Below are positions 13,288 through 23,997 of a stretch of 64,000 nt of DNA, piece by piece. The position numbers and the translations under genes were made by a program. This DNA comes from an uncultured delta proteobacterium (GTDB lineage Bacteria; Desulfobacterota; Binatia; JACPRU01). The stretch spans positions 384,001-448,000 of the forward strand of contig CAVUWD010000013.1 in the NCBI GenBank assembly GCA_963745025.1, written 5' to 3'. Below the pieces are notes generated by a model, which saw nothing but the letters and a program-made list of their open reading frames with translations, was not told the origin of the DNA and made no database searches. Within the stretch, counting starts at the first letter, position 1. The number at the start of each line of letters is the position of its first letter.

Positions 13288-13396
13288 AGCGGGGCTTCCG
13301 GGGGGCCGAACTGCGCCGTCGAGGCGTGGGGTTTTATCGGCACACTCGAATAACCCGAAACTTGGAGCGTCTAAATTAGATGAAGGCAGTTCGACG

Positions 13397-13834
13397 ATGA
13401 GTGACGTTAGACAAGAGGCTCTCGAGGAGACCGGTGGTCCGGTCATCCAGCCGGATACGCTTTTGCCGAGTCAGTTTTTCACGGGTCTGCGGCAGAAGGG
13501 CTTCGTCGAAGGTGAGAAGCGTCTGATGGCGGCCGTGCTCGCCGACGCCGTCGAGGTCTACATGAAGCAGGCGTTCAACACCGAGCCGCGCGGTCATCAG
13601 CTCTTTCTCGACGCCGAGGCATGGATCTCCGAAGACAAGCCCGGTCCATGGTTCTTCTCGTTCAGCAACATCTGCGACCTGCTCGGCCTCGAGCCGGAGT
13701 ACATCCGTCGCGGTCTTCTCGAATGGCGTCGCAGCCGCGGGCCGACGATTCGCCCGAGCGAAGCGTTTCGCCGCGCGCCGCGCGCCACGCGATCCGCCCC
13801 GCCGCGTCAGCTATTGAAAAAGGCCGTCGGATAA
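13397..13834 (+). CDS. Conserved hypothetical protein (PDTLLPSQFF / EKRLM.AVL.DA / FSF.NIC..LG motifs)
   Basis: Coding-like codon usage; motif pattern I recognise from a recurrent uncharacterised family. Confidence 0.7.
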   Translation: MSDVRQEALEETGGPVIQPDTLLPSQFFTGLRQKGFVEGEKRLMAAVLADAVEVYMKQAFNTEPRGHQLFLDAEAWISEDKPGPWFFSFSNICDLLGLEPEYIRRGLLEWRRSRGPTIRPSEAFRRAPRATRSAPPRQLLKKAVG

Positions 13835-13836
13835 GA

Positions 13837-13895
13837 GGCTACAGACTTCCGGCTACCGTAAAGACCCTGTGGAGTCTTTGGCCATGGCCTGTAGC
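13837..13895. repeat. Heptamer-armed palindromic repeat, copy 5 (degenerate)
   Basis: GGCTACA GACTTCC GGCTACC - core TAAAGAC...GTCTTTG - TGTAGC. Confidence 0.7.
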
Positions 13896-13976
13896 GGGTT
13901 CGCAAATCCCCGAATTCATTGAAAGCCCTCGGCTCGGGCGGTATAGATTTACCGATTACTTCGGAGGAGATCACCG

Positions 13977-15837
13977 ATGTCCGTCCCGCCGGGAGAAGCG
14001 CAACACGCCAAATCGATCCAGGAAAAGGACTCAGTCGTTATCCGCTTTGCCGGCGACTCGGGCGATGGCATGCAGCTCACGGGCATGCAGTTCACGACCG
14101 AGTCGGCGCTCGCGGGGAACGACATCGGCACGTTGCCCGACTTTCCGGCCGAGATCCGCGCCCCGGCCGGAACCCTCGCGGGCGTGAGCGCGTTTCAAGT
14201 CAACTTCGCCAATCAGGAAGTCTTCACTCCAGGCGATGACGTCGACGTGCTCGTGGCGATGAACCCCGCCGCGCTGCAGCACCAACCTCGGCGAACTGAA
14301 GAGCGGCGGCATCCTGATCGTCAACACCGAGGCCTACAGCGAGCAGAACCTACGGCGCGCCGGCTATGCCAAGAACCCGCTCGAGGATGGCTCACTCGAC
14401 CGCTATCAGCTCTTCAAGGTCGACATCACCAAGCTGACGGTCAACGCGATGCAGGATCTCGGGATCAGCAACCGAGAAGCGTTCCGTTGCAAGAACTTCT
14501 TCGCGCTCGGGCTCATCTCGTGGCTCTACCACCGACCGATCGAATCGACCGAGCACTGGATCCACATTAAGTTCAAGAAGAGCCCCGAGCTCGTCGAGGC
14601 GAATCTCCGCGCGCTCCATGCGGGTTACAACTACGGCGATACGGCCGAGCTCTTCGCCGTGTCATACGAGGTCAAGCCAGCGCCGATCGCTCCGGGCTTT
14701 TACCGCAACATCACCGGCAACAACGCGACGGCGATGGGATTCGTCGCCGCCAGCCGCAAGGCGGGGCTGCCGCTGTTTCTCGGCAGCTATCCGATCACGC
14801 CGGCTAGCGACATTCTGCACGAGCTGTCGGCCTACAAGCACTTCGGCGTGACGACGTACCAGGCCGAGGACGAGATCGCCGCCGCTGGTGCCGCGCTCGG
14901 CGCGGCGTTCGGTGGCTCGATCGGCATCACCACGTCGAGCGGTCCTGGCATGAACCTCAAGATGGAGACCATCGGCCTCGGCGTCATGGTCGAGCTGCCG
15001 ATGGTGATCGTCAACGTCCAGCGCGCGGGTCCGTCCACGGGCATGCCCACCAAGACCGAGCAGGCCGATCTTCTCCAGGCGATGTACGGCCGGCACGGCG
15101 AATCGCCGCTCCCGATCATCGCGGCGATGACGCCTTCGGATTGTTTCTACGCCGCGTTCGAGGCCGTCCGCATCGCGATCAAGTACATGACCCCCGTCAT
15201 TCTCTTGACCGACGGCTATCTCGCCAACGGAGCCGAGCCCTGGCTGGTGCCGAGCTTCGGCGATCTGCCGACCATTCCCGTCGAGTTCCGCACGGACCCG
15301 CAAGGATTCTTCCCGTACATTCGCGACGAGCAGACGCTGGCGCGGCCGTGGGTGCGGCCGGGCACACCGGGGCTCGAGCACCGCATCGGCGGCCTCTCGA
15401 AGGAGCACATCACCGGCAACGTCAGCTACTCGCCGGCGAATCACGAGCAAATGATCCGCATCCGCGCGCGCAAGATCGCCGGCATCGCTCGCGAGCTCCC
15501 GCCCACGAAGGTTGGGGGTGCACAAGAAGGTGACGTGCTGGTGGTCGGCTGGGGCGGCACCTACGGAGCGATCGCGGGGGCGGTGAAGGACATGGTCTCC
15601 CGCGGCAAGGCGGTTGGCCACGTGCACATCCGCTACATGAATCCGCTGCCGCCGGATCTGGCCGACATCTTCGCGCGATTCAAGAAGATCCTCGTGCCCG
15701 AGCTGAACATGGGTCAGCTCGTCAAGATCATCCGCGCCGAGTTCCTGGTCGACGCGATCGGCATGAACAAGATCCAGGGCCGTCCGTTCAAGATCTCGGA
15801 GCTGGTGACGCGCATTCAGCGTCTCTTGGACGCGTGA
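13977..15837 (+). CDS. korA: 2-oxoacid:ferredoxin oxidoreductase alpha subunit (one +1 frameshift near 14280, probably sequencing error)
   Basis: RFAGDSGDGMQL in ORF 13977 joins TNLGELK...YPITPAS, QAEDEIA, QRAGPSTG in ORF ending 15837. Confidence 0.9.
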
Positions 15838-15845
15838 AGGAATCG

Positions 15846-16869
15846 ATGATGAGTGAAGCATCTGCCGTCAAGCTCTCGAAGAAGGACTTCGCATCCGATC
15901 AGGAAGTGCGCTGGTGCCCGGGCTGCGGGGACTACGCGATCCTCGACCAGGTGCAGCGCGTGATGCCCGAGCTCGGCGTGGCGCGCGAGAATCTCGTGTT
16001 CATCTCCGGAATCGGTTGCTCGAGCCGCTTCCCCTATTACATGAACACCTACGGCTTCCACACGATCCACGGGCGCGCGCCGGCGATCGCCACCGGCCTC
16101 AAGGTGACCCGTCCGGAGCTGCAGGTGTGGGTGGTGACCGGCGACGGCGACGCGCTGTCCATCGGCGGCAACCATCTGATCCACGCCCTGCGACGCAACG
16201 TGGACCTGAAGATCCTCCTATTCAACAACCGGATCTACGGCCTCACCAAGGGCCAATACTCGCCGACGTCGGAGACCGGAAAGGTCACCAAGATCGACGC
16301 CCAGCGGATCGCCCGATTATCCCTTCGATCCGATCGCCATCGCCCTGGGCGCGGAAGCTTCGTTCGTGGCGCGCTCGATCGACGTCGAGGCCAAGCATCT
16401 CCACGACATCCTGCGCCGAGCGCACGAGCACAAGGGAGCGGCGTTCGTCGAGATTCTGCAGAACTGCAACGTCTTCAACGACGGCGCCTGGGCCGATCTC
16501 ACCGAGAAGGCGACCAAGGCCGATACGCAGCTTGTGCTCGAGCACGGCAAGCCGCTCGTCTTCGGCAAAAATCGTGATCGTGCCATTCGCTTGAACGGTC
16601 GCTTCGAGCCCGAGGTCGTGACGCTCGGCAACGGCGTCAGCGAGTCCGATCTGATCGTCTACGACGAGCGCAATCCAGCGCTCGCGTACTTGCTCTCGCG
16701 GCTCGAGCCGCCGCAATTTCCGACGCCGGTCGGTGTTTTTCTCGCGGTCGCGAGGCCGACCTACGAGAAGCGCGTCGCCGAACAGCTCACCTCGGCGCGG
16801 GAGAAGCTCGGCGAGGGCGACGTCGACTCATTGCTCCGCGAGGGCGATACCTGGACCGTGCGAGGATGA
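15846..16869 (+). CDS. korB: 2-oxoacid:ferredoxin oxidoreductase beta subunit (one +1 frameshift near 16293)
   Basis: WCPGCGD, SGIGCS, GDGD, YGLTKGQYSPT; continues KVTK-STP...VEILQNC in the next frame. Confidence 0.9.
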
Positions 16870-16872
16870 AGG

Positions 16873-16952
16873 CGGCTACAGGCTCCGGGTACAGCTCCGG
16901 GAACGGCTCAGGGCATCCTTTCCTGCAGCCTGTAGCCCGAAGGCCGTAGCCG
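16873..16952. repeat. Heptamer-armed palindromic repeat, copy 6 (between convergent genes)
   Basis: GGCTACA GGCTCCG ... TGCAGCC TGTAGCC ... CGTAGCC. Confidence 0.7.
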
Positions 16953-16957
16953 CTCCT

Positions 16958-17488
16958 TCACGCCCCGTCCCTACTCTTGGCGACGTCGAGCCCGGGTTCG
17001 GGCGGCACGTTGTGCACTTCCTTGGAGAAGAACTCTGCGATGTAGTCGACGATGTCCTTGACGGAAATCACGCCGACCGGCTGTGCCTCATCGTCGACGA
17101 GAGGGATGTGGCGAAATCCGCCGAGACTCATCTTGTTCAAGGCGAACACGATCGAGTCGCTAGGCCGAAGCCGCTCGGGGTTTTCCGACATGAATCGATC
17201 GACCGACGTGGTCTCGGGATCGAACTTCGAGCCGAACACCTCACCCAGCAGATCGCGCTCCGTGAAGATACCCACCAGCTTGCCGACCTCGACGACCAAA
17301 ACGCAGCCGATGTGATGGTCTTGCATTTGCCGGACGACGTCGGCGACCGGGGTGCCGCGGTCGGCGCAGACGGGGCTCGGCGGCTGAAGCACGCTGATCG
17401 GCTCGCGCAGAAACCGGTCGTCGAGCGTCCGCGGTGCTCGCTCTTCGGTCTCGAGGTATTCTTCGGATTCGGGGAGCACGTAACTCAT
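16958..17488 (-). CDS. Tandem CBS-domain protein
   Basis: GKLVGIFTERDLL, GFRHIPLVD...GVISVKDIV. Confidence 0.9.
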   Translation of the reverse strand: MSYVLPESEEYLETEERAPRTLDDRFLREPISVLQPPSPVCADRGTPVADVVRQMQDHHIGCVLVVEVGKLVGIFTERDLLGEVFGSKFDPETTSVDRFMSENPERLRPSDSIVFALNKMSLGGFRHIPLVDDEAQPVGVISVKDIVDYIAEFFSKEVHNVPPEPGLDVAKSRDGA

Positions 17489-17645
17489 GAAATACCTCCA
17501 CGGTCAGTCGATAGGAGGCGAAGGAAATCATAGGTCGGATGCCGGATCAACCGCGGATCCACTCCCCCCCGGGACGGAAATTGGCTATGGAACCGAATGC
17601 CGGCTCGAGGAAGCTCGCACCGTAACGGATCGCTGGGAGGTCTGC

Positions 17646-19130
17646 GTGGTCGAGATCCGCTTTTCAACCAGACGCGTTGCTGACCCGTCCGCGGTGACGG
17701 CCGACTTCTTGATTGTTCCCATCGTCGAGGGTGAGGGGGACGCGCTGATCCTGCGCCGACTCGACCGCAAGCTCGGCGGGTCGTTGCTGCGTCACGCACG
17801 GGAGCTCGACTTCCGCGGCCAGGAGGGCAGGGGACTCCTCCATCGCGTGGAGGATCGTGCGACGCCCAGGAACATCTACCTGGCGGGGCTTGGCAAACCC
17901 GCCGATCGCACGCTCGAGCAATGGCGGCGGATGGCCGCGGTCGCGGTGCGAGCGGCACGCAGCGAGAGCGCTCGTCGGGCCGCCGTATTCTTTCCGAAAG
18001 CCAAGACCGAGGAGGTGGTCGCGGTCGCCGAGGCGATCGCGCTCTCGGGCTACCGTTTCGAGCGCTACCGGCAACGGCCGAAAGAGCGCAAGCCGGAGCT
18101 CTCGCAGGTCTCGCTCGCCGGACCGCACATCGACACTCGCCGCGCCGGTGAGGGGCTCGAGGACCTGAACGCCGTGCTTCCGTCCGTGTTCGCGGCTCGC
18201 GACCTCGTCAACGAACCTCCTTCGGTGATGACTGCGTCTGCGCTCGCCCGTCGCGCCGTCGAAATGTGTCGCGGTGGTGCCGTGCGCGTCGAGGTGATGG
18301 GCTTCGCCGCGATCCGCCGCCTGCGGCTGAACGGGCTCCTCGCCGTCAATCGGGGCAGCGTCGAGGAGCCGCGCTTCGTTCGCATGCGCTATCGCCCGCG
18401 CGGACGGCGTAAGCTCAAGGTGGCGCTGGTCGGAAAAGGAATCACGTTCGATTCGGGCGGCCTGTCGCTCAAGCCGGCAGGCTCGATGGAGACGATGAAG
18501 CAGGACATGGCGGGCGCCGCCGCGGTCTGTGGGGTCATGGCCGCCGTCGGTCGGTTGAAGCCGGCGGTCGAAGTGACGGGATACGTCTCGTCCACGGACA
18601 ACTTGCCGAGCGGCAGCGCGCAGAAGCCCGGCGACGTCATCCGCTTCCGCAACGGTAAGACCGTCGAGGTGGTGAACACCGACGCCGAGGGGCGGCTCGT
18701 TCTGGCTGACGCGCTGGCCCTCGCTTGCGAAGAGGGGCATGACGTGATCATCGACCTTGCTACCTTGACGGGCGCCTGCCGCATCGCGCTCGGGACTCAG
18801 GTGGCCGGCATCATGGGCAATCAAAAGGAGCTCGTCGACCGGCTCGTCGAGCATGGCCGCGAAGCGGGCGAGATGCTCTGGCCGCTGCCGCTGGTCAAGG
18901 AGTACCGCGACGATCTCAAGAGCTCGGTCGCCGATCTGAAGAACGTCGGCGGCGGGTTTGCCGGCGCCATCACTGCCGGGCTATTTCTCCAGGAGTTCGT
19001 CGTCGGCGGGGCCTGGGCGCACCTCGACATCGCCGGCCCTGCATTCGCCGATAAGGATTGGGCCTATTGCCCGAAAGGGGGAACCGGTTTCGGAGTGCGA
19101 ACGCTGATCCGATACCTGATGAGCCTATGA
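17646..19130 (+). CDS. pepA: Leucyl aminopeptidase (M17)
   Basis: GGGAGG RBS before GTG; VGKGITFDSGG, MKQDMAG, NTDAEGRL, ATLTGA, WAHLDIAG. Confidence 0.93.
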   Translation: MVEIRFSTRRVADPSAVTADFLIVPIVEGEGDALILRRLDRKLGGSLLRHARELDFRGQEGRGLLHRVEDRATPRNIYLAGLGKPADRTLEQWRRMAAVAVRAARSESARRAAVFFPKAKTEEVVAVAEAIALSGYRFERYRQRPKERKPELSQVSLAGPHIDTRRAGEGLEDLNAVLPSVFAARDLVNEPPSVMTASALARRAVEMCRGGAVRVEVMGFAAIRRLRLNGLLAVNRGSVEEPRFVRMRYRPRGRRKLKVALVGKGITFDSGGLSLKPAGSMETMKQDMAGAAAVCGVMAAVGRLKPAVEVTGYVSSTDNLPSGSAQKPGDVIRFRNGKTVEVVNTDAEGRLVLADALALACEEGHDVIIDLATLTGACRIALGTQVAGIMGNQKELVDRLVEHGREAGEMLWPLPLVKEYRDDLKSSVADLKNVGGGFAGAITAGLFLQEFVVGGAWAHLDIAGPAFADKDWAYCPKGGTGFGVRTLIRYLMSL

Positions 19131-19636
19131 AAACCCGCGCGCTCCTCTCGTTGCTGATCGCCCCCCTGATCCTTGCCGTCGCTTCGTGCGTCCCGCATCG
19201 TGGGTCTTCCCAGGAGGTCGTGACCGACCTCCACAACTACAGCGCCGAGCTGCAGAAATGGGAGGAGAAGGAGAAGGCGATCTTTCAGGCGATCGACGAC
19301 GTCGAGGAGTCGCAATACGTCGACGACGACTTCGTGCTGCGGACGCTGAAGGGAGCCTTGCCGACGCTCGATGAGCACATCCGTGAGGTGTCGGCGTATC
19401 GCCCGCTGACGCCGGAGCTCGGAGACCTTCACAACCATTACCGTAAGGGCTGGGAGGACCTGCGCTCGGCCCTCGACTCGATGATCGGTGCCGAGTCGAA
19501 GAAGGACTACGTGGCCCTGGCCAAAGGCAAGAGTCAGCTGAAGGCCGCTCGCGGCCTGCTGCTCAAGGCCATCGCGAGCATGGACGCGTTGATGGAGGAA
19601 AACGACGAGGCGCTGAAGAATCTGCACAAGTCCTGA
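19127..19636 (+). CDS. Hypothetical helical lipoprotein
   Basis: ATGA overlap with pepA; lipobox VASC. Confidence 0.7.
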   Translation: MKTRALLSLLIAPLILAVASCVPHRGSSQEVVTDLHNYSAELQKWEEKEKAIFQAIDDVEESQYVDDDFVLRTLKGALPTLDEHIREVSAYRPLTPELGDLHNHYRKGWEDLRSALDSMIGAESKKDYVALAKGKSQLKAARGLLLKAIASMDALMEENDEALKNLHKS

Positions 19637-19637
19637 G

Positions 19638-19701
19638 CGGCTACCGGCTACCGCAAGAACACGCCGCGGAGTCTTTGCCGATAGCCGGACGCCGGTAGCC
19701 G
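19638..19701. repeat. Heptamer-armed palindromic repeat, copy 7
   Basis: GGCTACC GGCTACC - GCAAGAACACGCCGCGGAGTCTTTGC - GATAGCC GGACGCC GGTAGCC. Confidence 0.85.
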
Positions 19702-19705
19702 ATTC

Positions 19706-20476
19706 ATGTCCGACCCCTTTCAGCGCATCGAAGCCCACGTCGTCGCGATTGGCGAGCTGCTCGAGCAAAGTCGCCGCTACCGGCCGCTGGCTGCCGAGGC
19801 GGAGCGGCTATACCTCGCCGCGACGCGGATCGCCGCGGGGGTGCGGCGGGTCAGTCGGACCGCACGCGCCGCCGAGGAAGAAACCGCTCAGCTCGAGCGC
19901 GGGATCGAGTCGGTCGCCGAGGCGGCACGACGAATGGTCGGCGATTTTCTCGCCGGTCCGACCTACCGCGCGATGCTCGCGAGCCTCGACCGCGAAGATC
20001 CCCGCGAGTCGTCGCGGCTCGTCGCGGAAGTCTTCGCCGACGTCGAGCCGACGTCGGCCCGAGGCGTCCTCTACCTCCCGCTGTCCGCCGAGCGCGGGCA
20101 ACGCGTTCTGGATCCCGAGACGGCCGCCGAAGCGGTCGGGCGGATGGCGCGAGAGGGCATCGGGCCGCAGTCGGCCCCCGGGGTGGGCAGCGACGCGAAC
20201 GTGCGTCCGATCCGCCTGTTCGAAGGCGTGACCGGCGTGGATGCGGCGGTGCTCGTGATCGTCTCCGGCGAAGACGTGCAGGCGCCGACCTTTCGTGCGC
20301 CTGAAGTCGGCGAATTGCTCGTCTACGCGCGGCGACTGAACGTACCGTTGTCTGCGGGCCTGCGCGCTGAGAGCCCCGACGACTGGCTGGGCGTCCGCGC
20401 GGGCGGCTACGCGGAATATCGCGAGCGGTGCCGCGAGCTCATCGCGGCGCGAGGCATCTCGATCGTCGACGTGTAG
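19706..20476 (+). CDS. Hypothetical protein
   Basis: 256-aa ORF with genome-typical codon usage; no motif recognised. Confidence 0.65.
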   Translation: MSDPFQRIEAHVVAIGELLEQSRRYRPLAAEAERLYLAATRIAAGVRRVSRTARAAEEETAQLERGIESVAEAARRMVGDFLAGPTYRAMLASLDREDPRESSRLVAEVFADVEPTSARGVLYLPLSAERGQRVLDPETAAEAVGRMAREGIGPQSAPGVGSDANVRPIRLFEGVTGVDAAVLVIVSGEDVQAPTFRAPEVGELLVYARRLNVPLSAGLRAESPDDWLGVRAGGYAEYRERCRELIAARGISIVDV

Positions 20477-20479
20477 GGC

Positions 20480-20833
20480 CTAGGAGCTGAGGCCCCACTT
20501 CTTCTTGTTCTCGGCGACCTGATCGGCGCTCGGGTGCGGAATCTTCTCAAGCTGCGCGACCTTGAAGTCGGCCATGTTCTCCATGATCGCGTAGTTGAGC
20601 TTGGTATCGTCTTGCCAGCCGGCGGGAACCGCCTCTTCCTCGTAGATCGCCTGCCACGGGCATTCCGGCTCGCAAGCGCCGCAATCGATGCACTCGTCGG
20701 GGTGGATGTACAGCTGATTGGGAAACTTCGCGGTGTCGCTTCCCTGATAGCGGTAGATGCAATCGACGGGGCACACGGCGACGCAGCCTGTGTCTACGCA
20801 ATCCCGGCACAGTCTGGTGATGATGTAAGCCAT
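20480..20833 (-). CDS. fdxA: FdxA-type (7Fe) ferredoxin
   Basis: [17 protein letters not shown] and [12 protein letters not shown]; GGAGG RBS. Confidence 0.9.
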   Translation of the reverse strand: MAYIITRLCRDCVDTGCVAVCPVDCIYRYQGSDTAKFPNQLYIHPDECIDCGACEPECPWQAIYEEEAVPAGWQDDTKLNYAIMENMADFKVAQLEKIPHPSADQVAENKKKWGLSS

Positions 20834-20969
20834 CCGGCCTTTCCTCCCGTTCTCAGCAACTTCTCGTCAATCTCGGAATATAGCTTGCCAGCCGCGCCTC
20901 CGCCCGTCGATGACGAGAGGAGGTGCATCTAGCACGTCGGTTTTTCTGGGGGAAGAGTGTCTGAAGATG

Positions 20970-21173
20970 CTAACGCGTCCGCACGTCGAATGCCTGAGGG
21001 CCTTTCTCGCCGGGCCGTACCTGGAACTGCACCTCGTCACCCTCACGTAGGTCTTCGAACTGGGTCTTCGCTCCGAGGCGTGAGCGGTGGAAAAAAACGT
21101 CGTCGCTGCCGTCGTCGGGCTCGATGAAGCCAAACCCCTTGTCCTTGAGAATCTTCTTGATGCGGCCAGTCAT
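20970..21173 (-). CDS. Cold-shock domain protein
   Basis: KGFGFI, DVFFH, KGPQA. Confidence 0.92.
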   Translation of the reverse strand: MTGRIKKILKDKGFGFIEPDDGSDDVFFHRSRLGAKTQFEDLREGDEVQFQVRPGEKGPQAFDVRTR

Positions 21174-21188
21174 CGGGGGCGAGGGATG

Positions 21189-21341
21189 CTACTTCGGCGC
21201 GGTAGGCATTACCGGATTCCAGCGGTCGACGGGCTCGCGGCCCCAGCGATCGAGCATGCCGCCGACGCGCCGGCGCAGCGCCGTCAACGCATAGGTACCG
21301 AGGAGCATTGAGGTGCCGGTGATGAATGCGAGAAGCTTCAC
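21189..21341 (-). CDS. Putative 50-aa small membrane protein
   Basis: GAGGG upstream of GTG; MKLLAFITGTSMLLGTYALTAL hydrophobic N-terminus. Confidence 0.4.
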   Translation of the reverse strand: MKLLAFITGTSMLLGTYALTALRRRVGGMLDRWGREPVDRWNPVMPTAPK

Positions 21342-21490
21342 GAGCGCGTCCCTCTGTAACCCATAGCTTGCCTCCGCCGTTGCCGCAACCGCAAATCGGC
21401 TATCGGCAATTCCGAGCGCGTGGCAAATTGACGGGTTTCGGCGAAGCTCCGGGTCGGCAGCACGACGTTGAAGCGCGGCTTCTGCGTCGC

Positions 21491-21862
21491 TCACCTCCGG
21501 CCGAAGATCTTCTCGTTCTCGCGAGCGTCGCGTGCGACCTCCGCGACCCAGTCGCGCGTGCGCGGCCGTGCGGAGCGGAAGCGCGCGTAGATTTCGCGGG
21601 CCATTTCGATCCGGCTGACGCCTTCGGGCGCCATCATGATGTCGACCTGCGCATCGGCCATCTCGAAGTCGCTGTGCACCATGACGTCGGGGTCCATGCG
21701 GAAGTCGGTGAGCAGCTGACGAATCACGCCGGCGTTCGTGCCGAAGCGCCGAGCCACCTGGTGAATGTTCTGGAAGCGGTATCCGCCGTCTTCGGTAATG
21801 CCGAGGTGGTAGGCGCAGAAGAGACGGAAGGCATCGATGCCGTAGCGCTCGGCGAGACCCAC
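21491..21862 (-). CDS. Hypothetical protein (possible HTH-like segment)
   Basis: Coding-like ORF; NIHQVARRFGTNAGVIRQLL. Confidence 0.65.
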   Translation of the reverse strand: MGLAERYGIDAFRLFCAYHLGITEDGGYRFQNIHQVARRFGTNAGVIRQLLTDFRMDPDVMVHSDFEMADAQVDIMMAPEGVSRIEMAREIYARFRSARPRTRDWVAEVARDARENEKIFGRR

Positions 21863-21937
21863 GACGGTCGAGTGTTTCAGAGCGTCTCGCGCGACTCAAC
21901 CGGCGCATTGCGGCGCATTGCGGGGCGCCAACCAGCG

Positions 21938-22507
21938 TCACGTCCAGACCTTGCCGAGGTCGATCTCGAGGCCCGGCAACGTCTTCGAGCGGGCCTTCAC
22001 CGCGCCAGCGAACCGGGCCGCGCGGTGGTACGCGCGCCCGCGGAGCTCGAGGATGTCCAGCGTCCGGGCGTCCGGATCCACGATCCAGTACTCACGGACC
22101 CGGTATCGAGAGTACAGCCTCGCCTTAATGACGCGGTCCTGCTTGCGAGATGACGGTGAAACGATCTCGACCACGAGGTCCGGGGGTCCTTCGATGGCCT
22201 TCTCGGTGATGATCGACTTGCGGTTGCCGCGCACGAACACCAGGTCGGGAACGGTGATCGTGGTGCGGGCGAGAATCAAATCGACCGGCGCGTCGAAAAG
22301 TTCCCCGAGCTTGTTCTCGAGGACGTGATGGTCGAGGATGCGCTGCAGGTTTCGCGACACCGCCTGATGGCGGATGAGCGGCGACGGCGTCACGCAGAGC
22401 TCTCCGTCGAGGATCTCGTAACGGCGGCCGTCGTCGAGCGGCAGCGCGACATACTCGTCGTAGGTGAGCTTGAGCGCTTTCGGCAGCGCTCGATGCGAAA
22501 CAGGCAT
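21938..22507 (-). CDS. Uma2 (DUF820) family endonuclease
   Basis: RYEILDGEL..P.P...H, PDL, PDLVVEIVSPS, K..LY....V.EYWIVDP. Confidence 0.92.
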   Translation of the reverse strand: MPVSHRALPKALKLTYDEYVALPLDDGRRYEILDGELCVTPSPLIRHQAVSRNLQRILDHHVLENKLGELFDAPVDLILARTTITVPDLVFVRGNRKSIITEKAIEGPPDLVVEIVSPSSRKQDRVIKARLYSRYRVREYWIVDPDARTLDILELRGRAYHRAARFAGAVKARSKTLPGLEIDLGKVWT

Positions 22508-22547
22508 GGACGGCGAGCGTAGCACTCGTCCGGTGAAGCGGAAAGTT

Positions 22548-23048
22548 TCAGCCCCGCCGATCCGTGATCAGGCTCCAGAAGAACGTCTCGAGCGTGCCGA
22601 GGTCGCGAAGCGAGGCGGGACCGAGCTCCGGCTCCGTGGTGATCCAGAGGCCTCTCGCGGGATCGGCGACGAGGATCGATTCGAGAACGGCCGGCGCGCT
22701 TCCCCCGTCACGCAGAACGAAGATGCGGGCGAGCGGAGTGCTCGCCCCGAAGAGCTCCCCGAGCGCCGTCTCCTCCGGGCCCGGCGGCGCACAGCGGAGC
22801 GGGCATTCGACGCGCAGACGCGCGCGGCCGATCACCAGCTCGCCGATTTCTCGGTCGCCGTCACCGTCGAGGCGTCGCACCGCGAGAACCGCGTCGCGGA
22901 GGTGGCTCGCGAGGACGTTGCGGGTCGCGGCAACCAGCTGCTCGATCTCCGGCCAGACGCAGTCCCACACGCCGCGTGCGGCGAGAGCCGCGAGGTGCTC
23001 TTTTGCGTTTGCGCCTCCGACCCTGTGCATGAGCAACCGCACACGCAA
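22548..23048 (-). CDS. Hypothetical protein
   Basis: Co-directional ORF filling the gap in a minus-strand operon. Confidence 0.5.
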   Translation of the reverse strand: MRVRLLMHRVGGANAKEHLAALAARGVWDCVWPEIEQLVAATRNVLASHLRDAVLAVRRLDGDGDREIGELVIGRARLRVECPLRCAPPGPEETALGELFGASTPLARIFVLRDGGSAPAVLESILVADPARGLWITTEPELGPASLRDLGTLETFFWSLITDRRG

Positions 23049-23134
23049 GTCGCGTGCCGCGGTCGTCCGACGATGGTTTCGCGGAGCGCGTACGGTCCGC
23101 CGGTATCAGCAGCGAAACGCTGAAACGAAGGGTT

Positions 23135-23917
23135 TCAGCGCGTGGCAACGATCGCCGCGAAGAAGCTTTCGATCGCGGTGATCACCGCGTTGGCCTCGAC
23201 GTCCTCGGTCACGATGTGGCCGCTCAGCGGGAAACGGATGCGCGACTTGATCGACGAGCCGAGTGCCGATTCGATCGCCGCCCCGGCCTTCTGCGATACG
23301 GTATCGTCGAGACCGCCCTCGATGATGAGCGCCGGTGCGGTGATGTCGGGAAGCTCGGCGCGTACCCGGCGTTGCAGCGCGACCATCGAGGCGAGCGAGC
23401 GAAGCGGAATCTCGTCGTAGGCGGGAGTCAATCGTCCGACCCCTGGCAGCTTCGAGCTGCGCTTCGGGACGATGGTGAACCGGCGGGGAAGCGGCGGAAG
23501 CCGGCGTACCCAGAGCGCGATCTCGGCACTCCGCTGGCTGGCGAGCTCGAGCGCCGGGGCGAGGGCCGCCACGGCGCAGACCTCGTGGGGTCGCGCGTGG
23601 GCGAGATGGAGCCCGAGCAGCGCACCCATCGACAAGCCGGCGACGACGCGCGCCGACGTCTTCGCACCGAGCTCTTCCCAACTCGCCAATGCGGTCGCGT
23701 ACCAGTCCTTCCAACTCGTGTGGACGAGATCCTCGACGCGGGTACCGTGCCCTGGCAAGAGCGGCGCGCGCACTGCGTAGCCGCGCTTGGCCAGCCGCTC
23801 GCCGAGCGGGCGCATCTCGGAAGGCGTGCCGGTGAAGCCGTGAAGGAGGAGGCAGCCGACCGGGCCACCCTCGAAGGCGAATGCCCGTACGCGCTCGTCG
23901 CCGGAGAGGTCGATCAT
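23135..23917 (-). CDS. Alpha/beta hydrolase (carboxylesterase/monoacylglycerol lipase-like)
   Basis: LLHGFTG, LPGHG, GLSMG nucleophile elbow, D.TV, SGH. Confidence 0.9.
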   Translation of the reverse strand: MIDLSGDERVRAFAFEGGPVGCLLLHGFTGTPSEMRPLGERLAKRGYAVRAPLLPGHGTRVEDLVHTSWKDWYATALASWEELGAKTSARVVAGLSMGALLGLHLAHARPHEVCAVAALAPALELASQRSAEIALWVRRLPPLPRRFTIVPKRSSKLPGVGRLTPAYDEIPLRSLASMVALQRRVRAELPDITAPALIIEGGLDDTVSQKAGAAIESALGSSIKSRIRFPLSGHIVTEDVEANAVITAIESFFAAIVATR

Positions 23918-23924
23918 GGAAGAA

Positions 23925-23992
23925 CGGCTACCGGCCAACGGCTACCGGCCACCGGCAAAGACTTCACGGATCCTTTCCTGTAGCCCGTAGCC
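23925..23992. repeat. Heptamer-armed palindromic repeat, copy 8
   Basis: Four GGCTACC-like units - GCAAAGACTTCACGGATCCTTTCC - TGTAGCC CGTAGCC. Confidence 0.85.
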
Positions 23993-23997
23993 CTTCT

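Noticed and set aside
14270-16300. Programmed frameshifting or pseudogenisation of korA and korB
   Set aside because: Each has a single extra base with no slippery heptamer, in otherwise intact central-metabolism genes. Similar lone indels occur in several other genes, so sequencing error is more likely.
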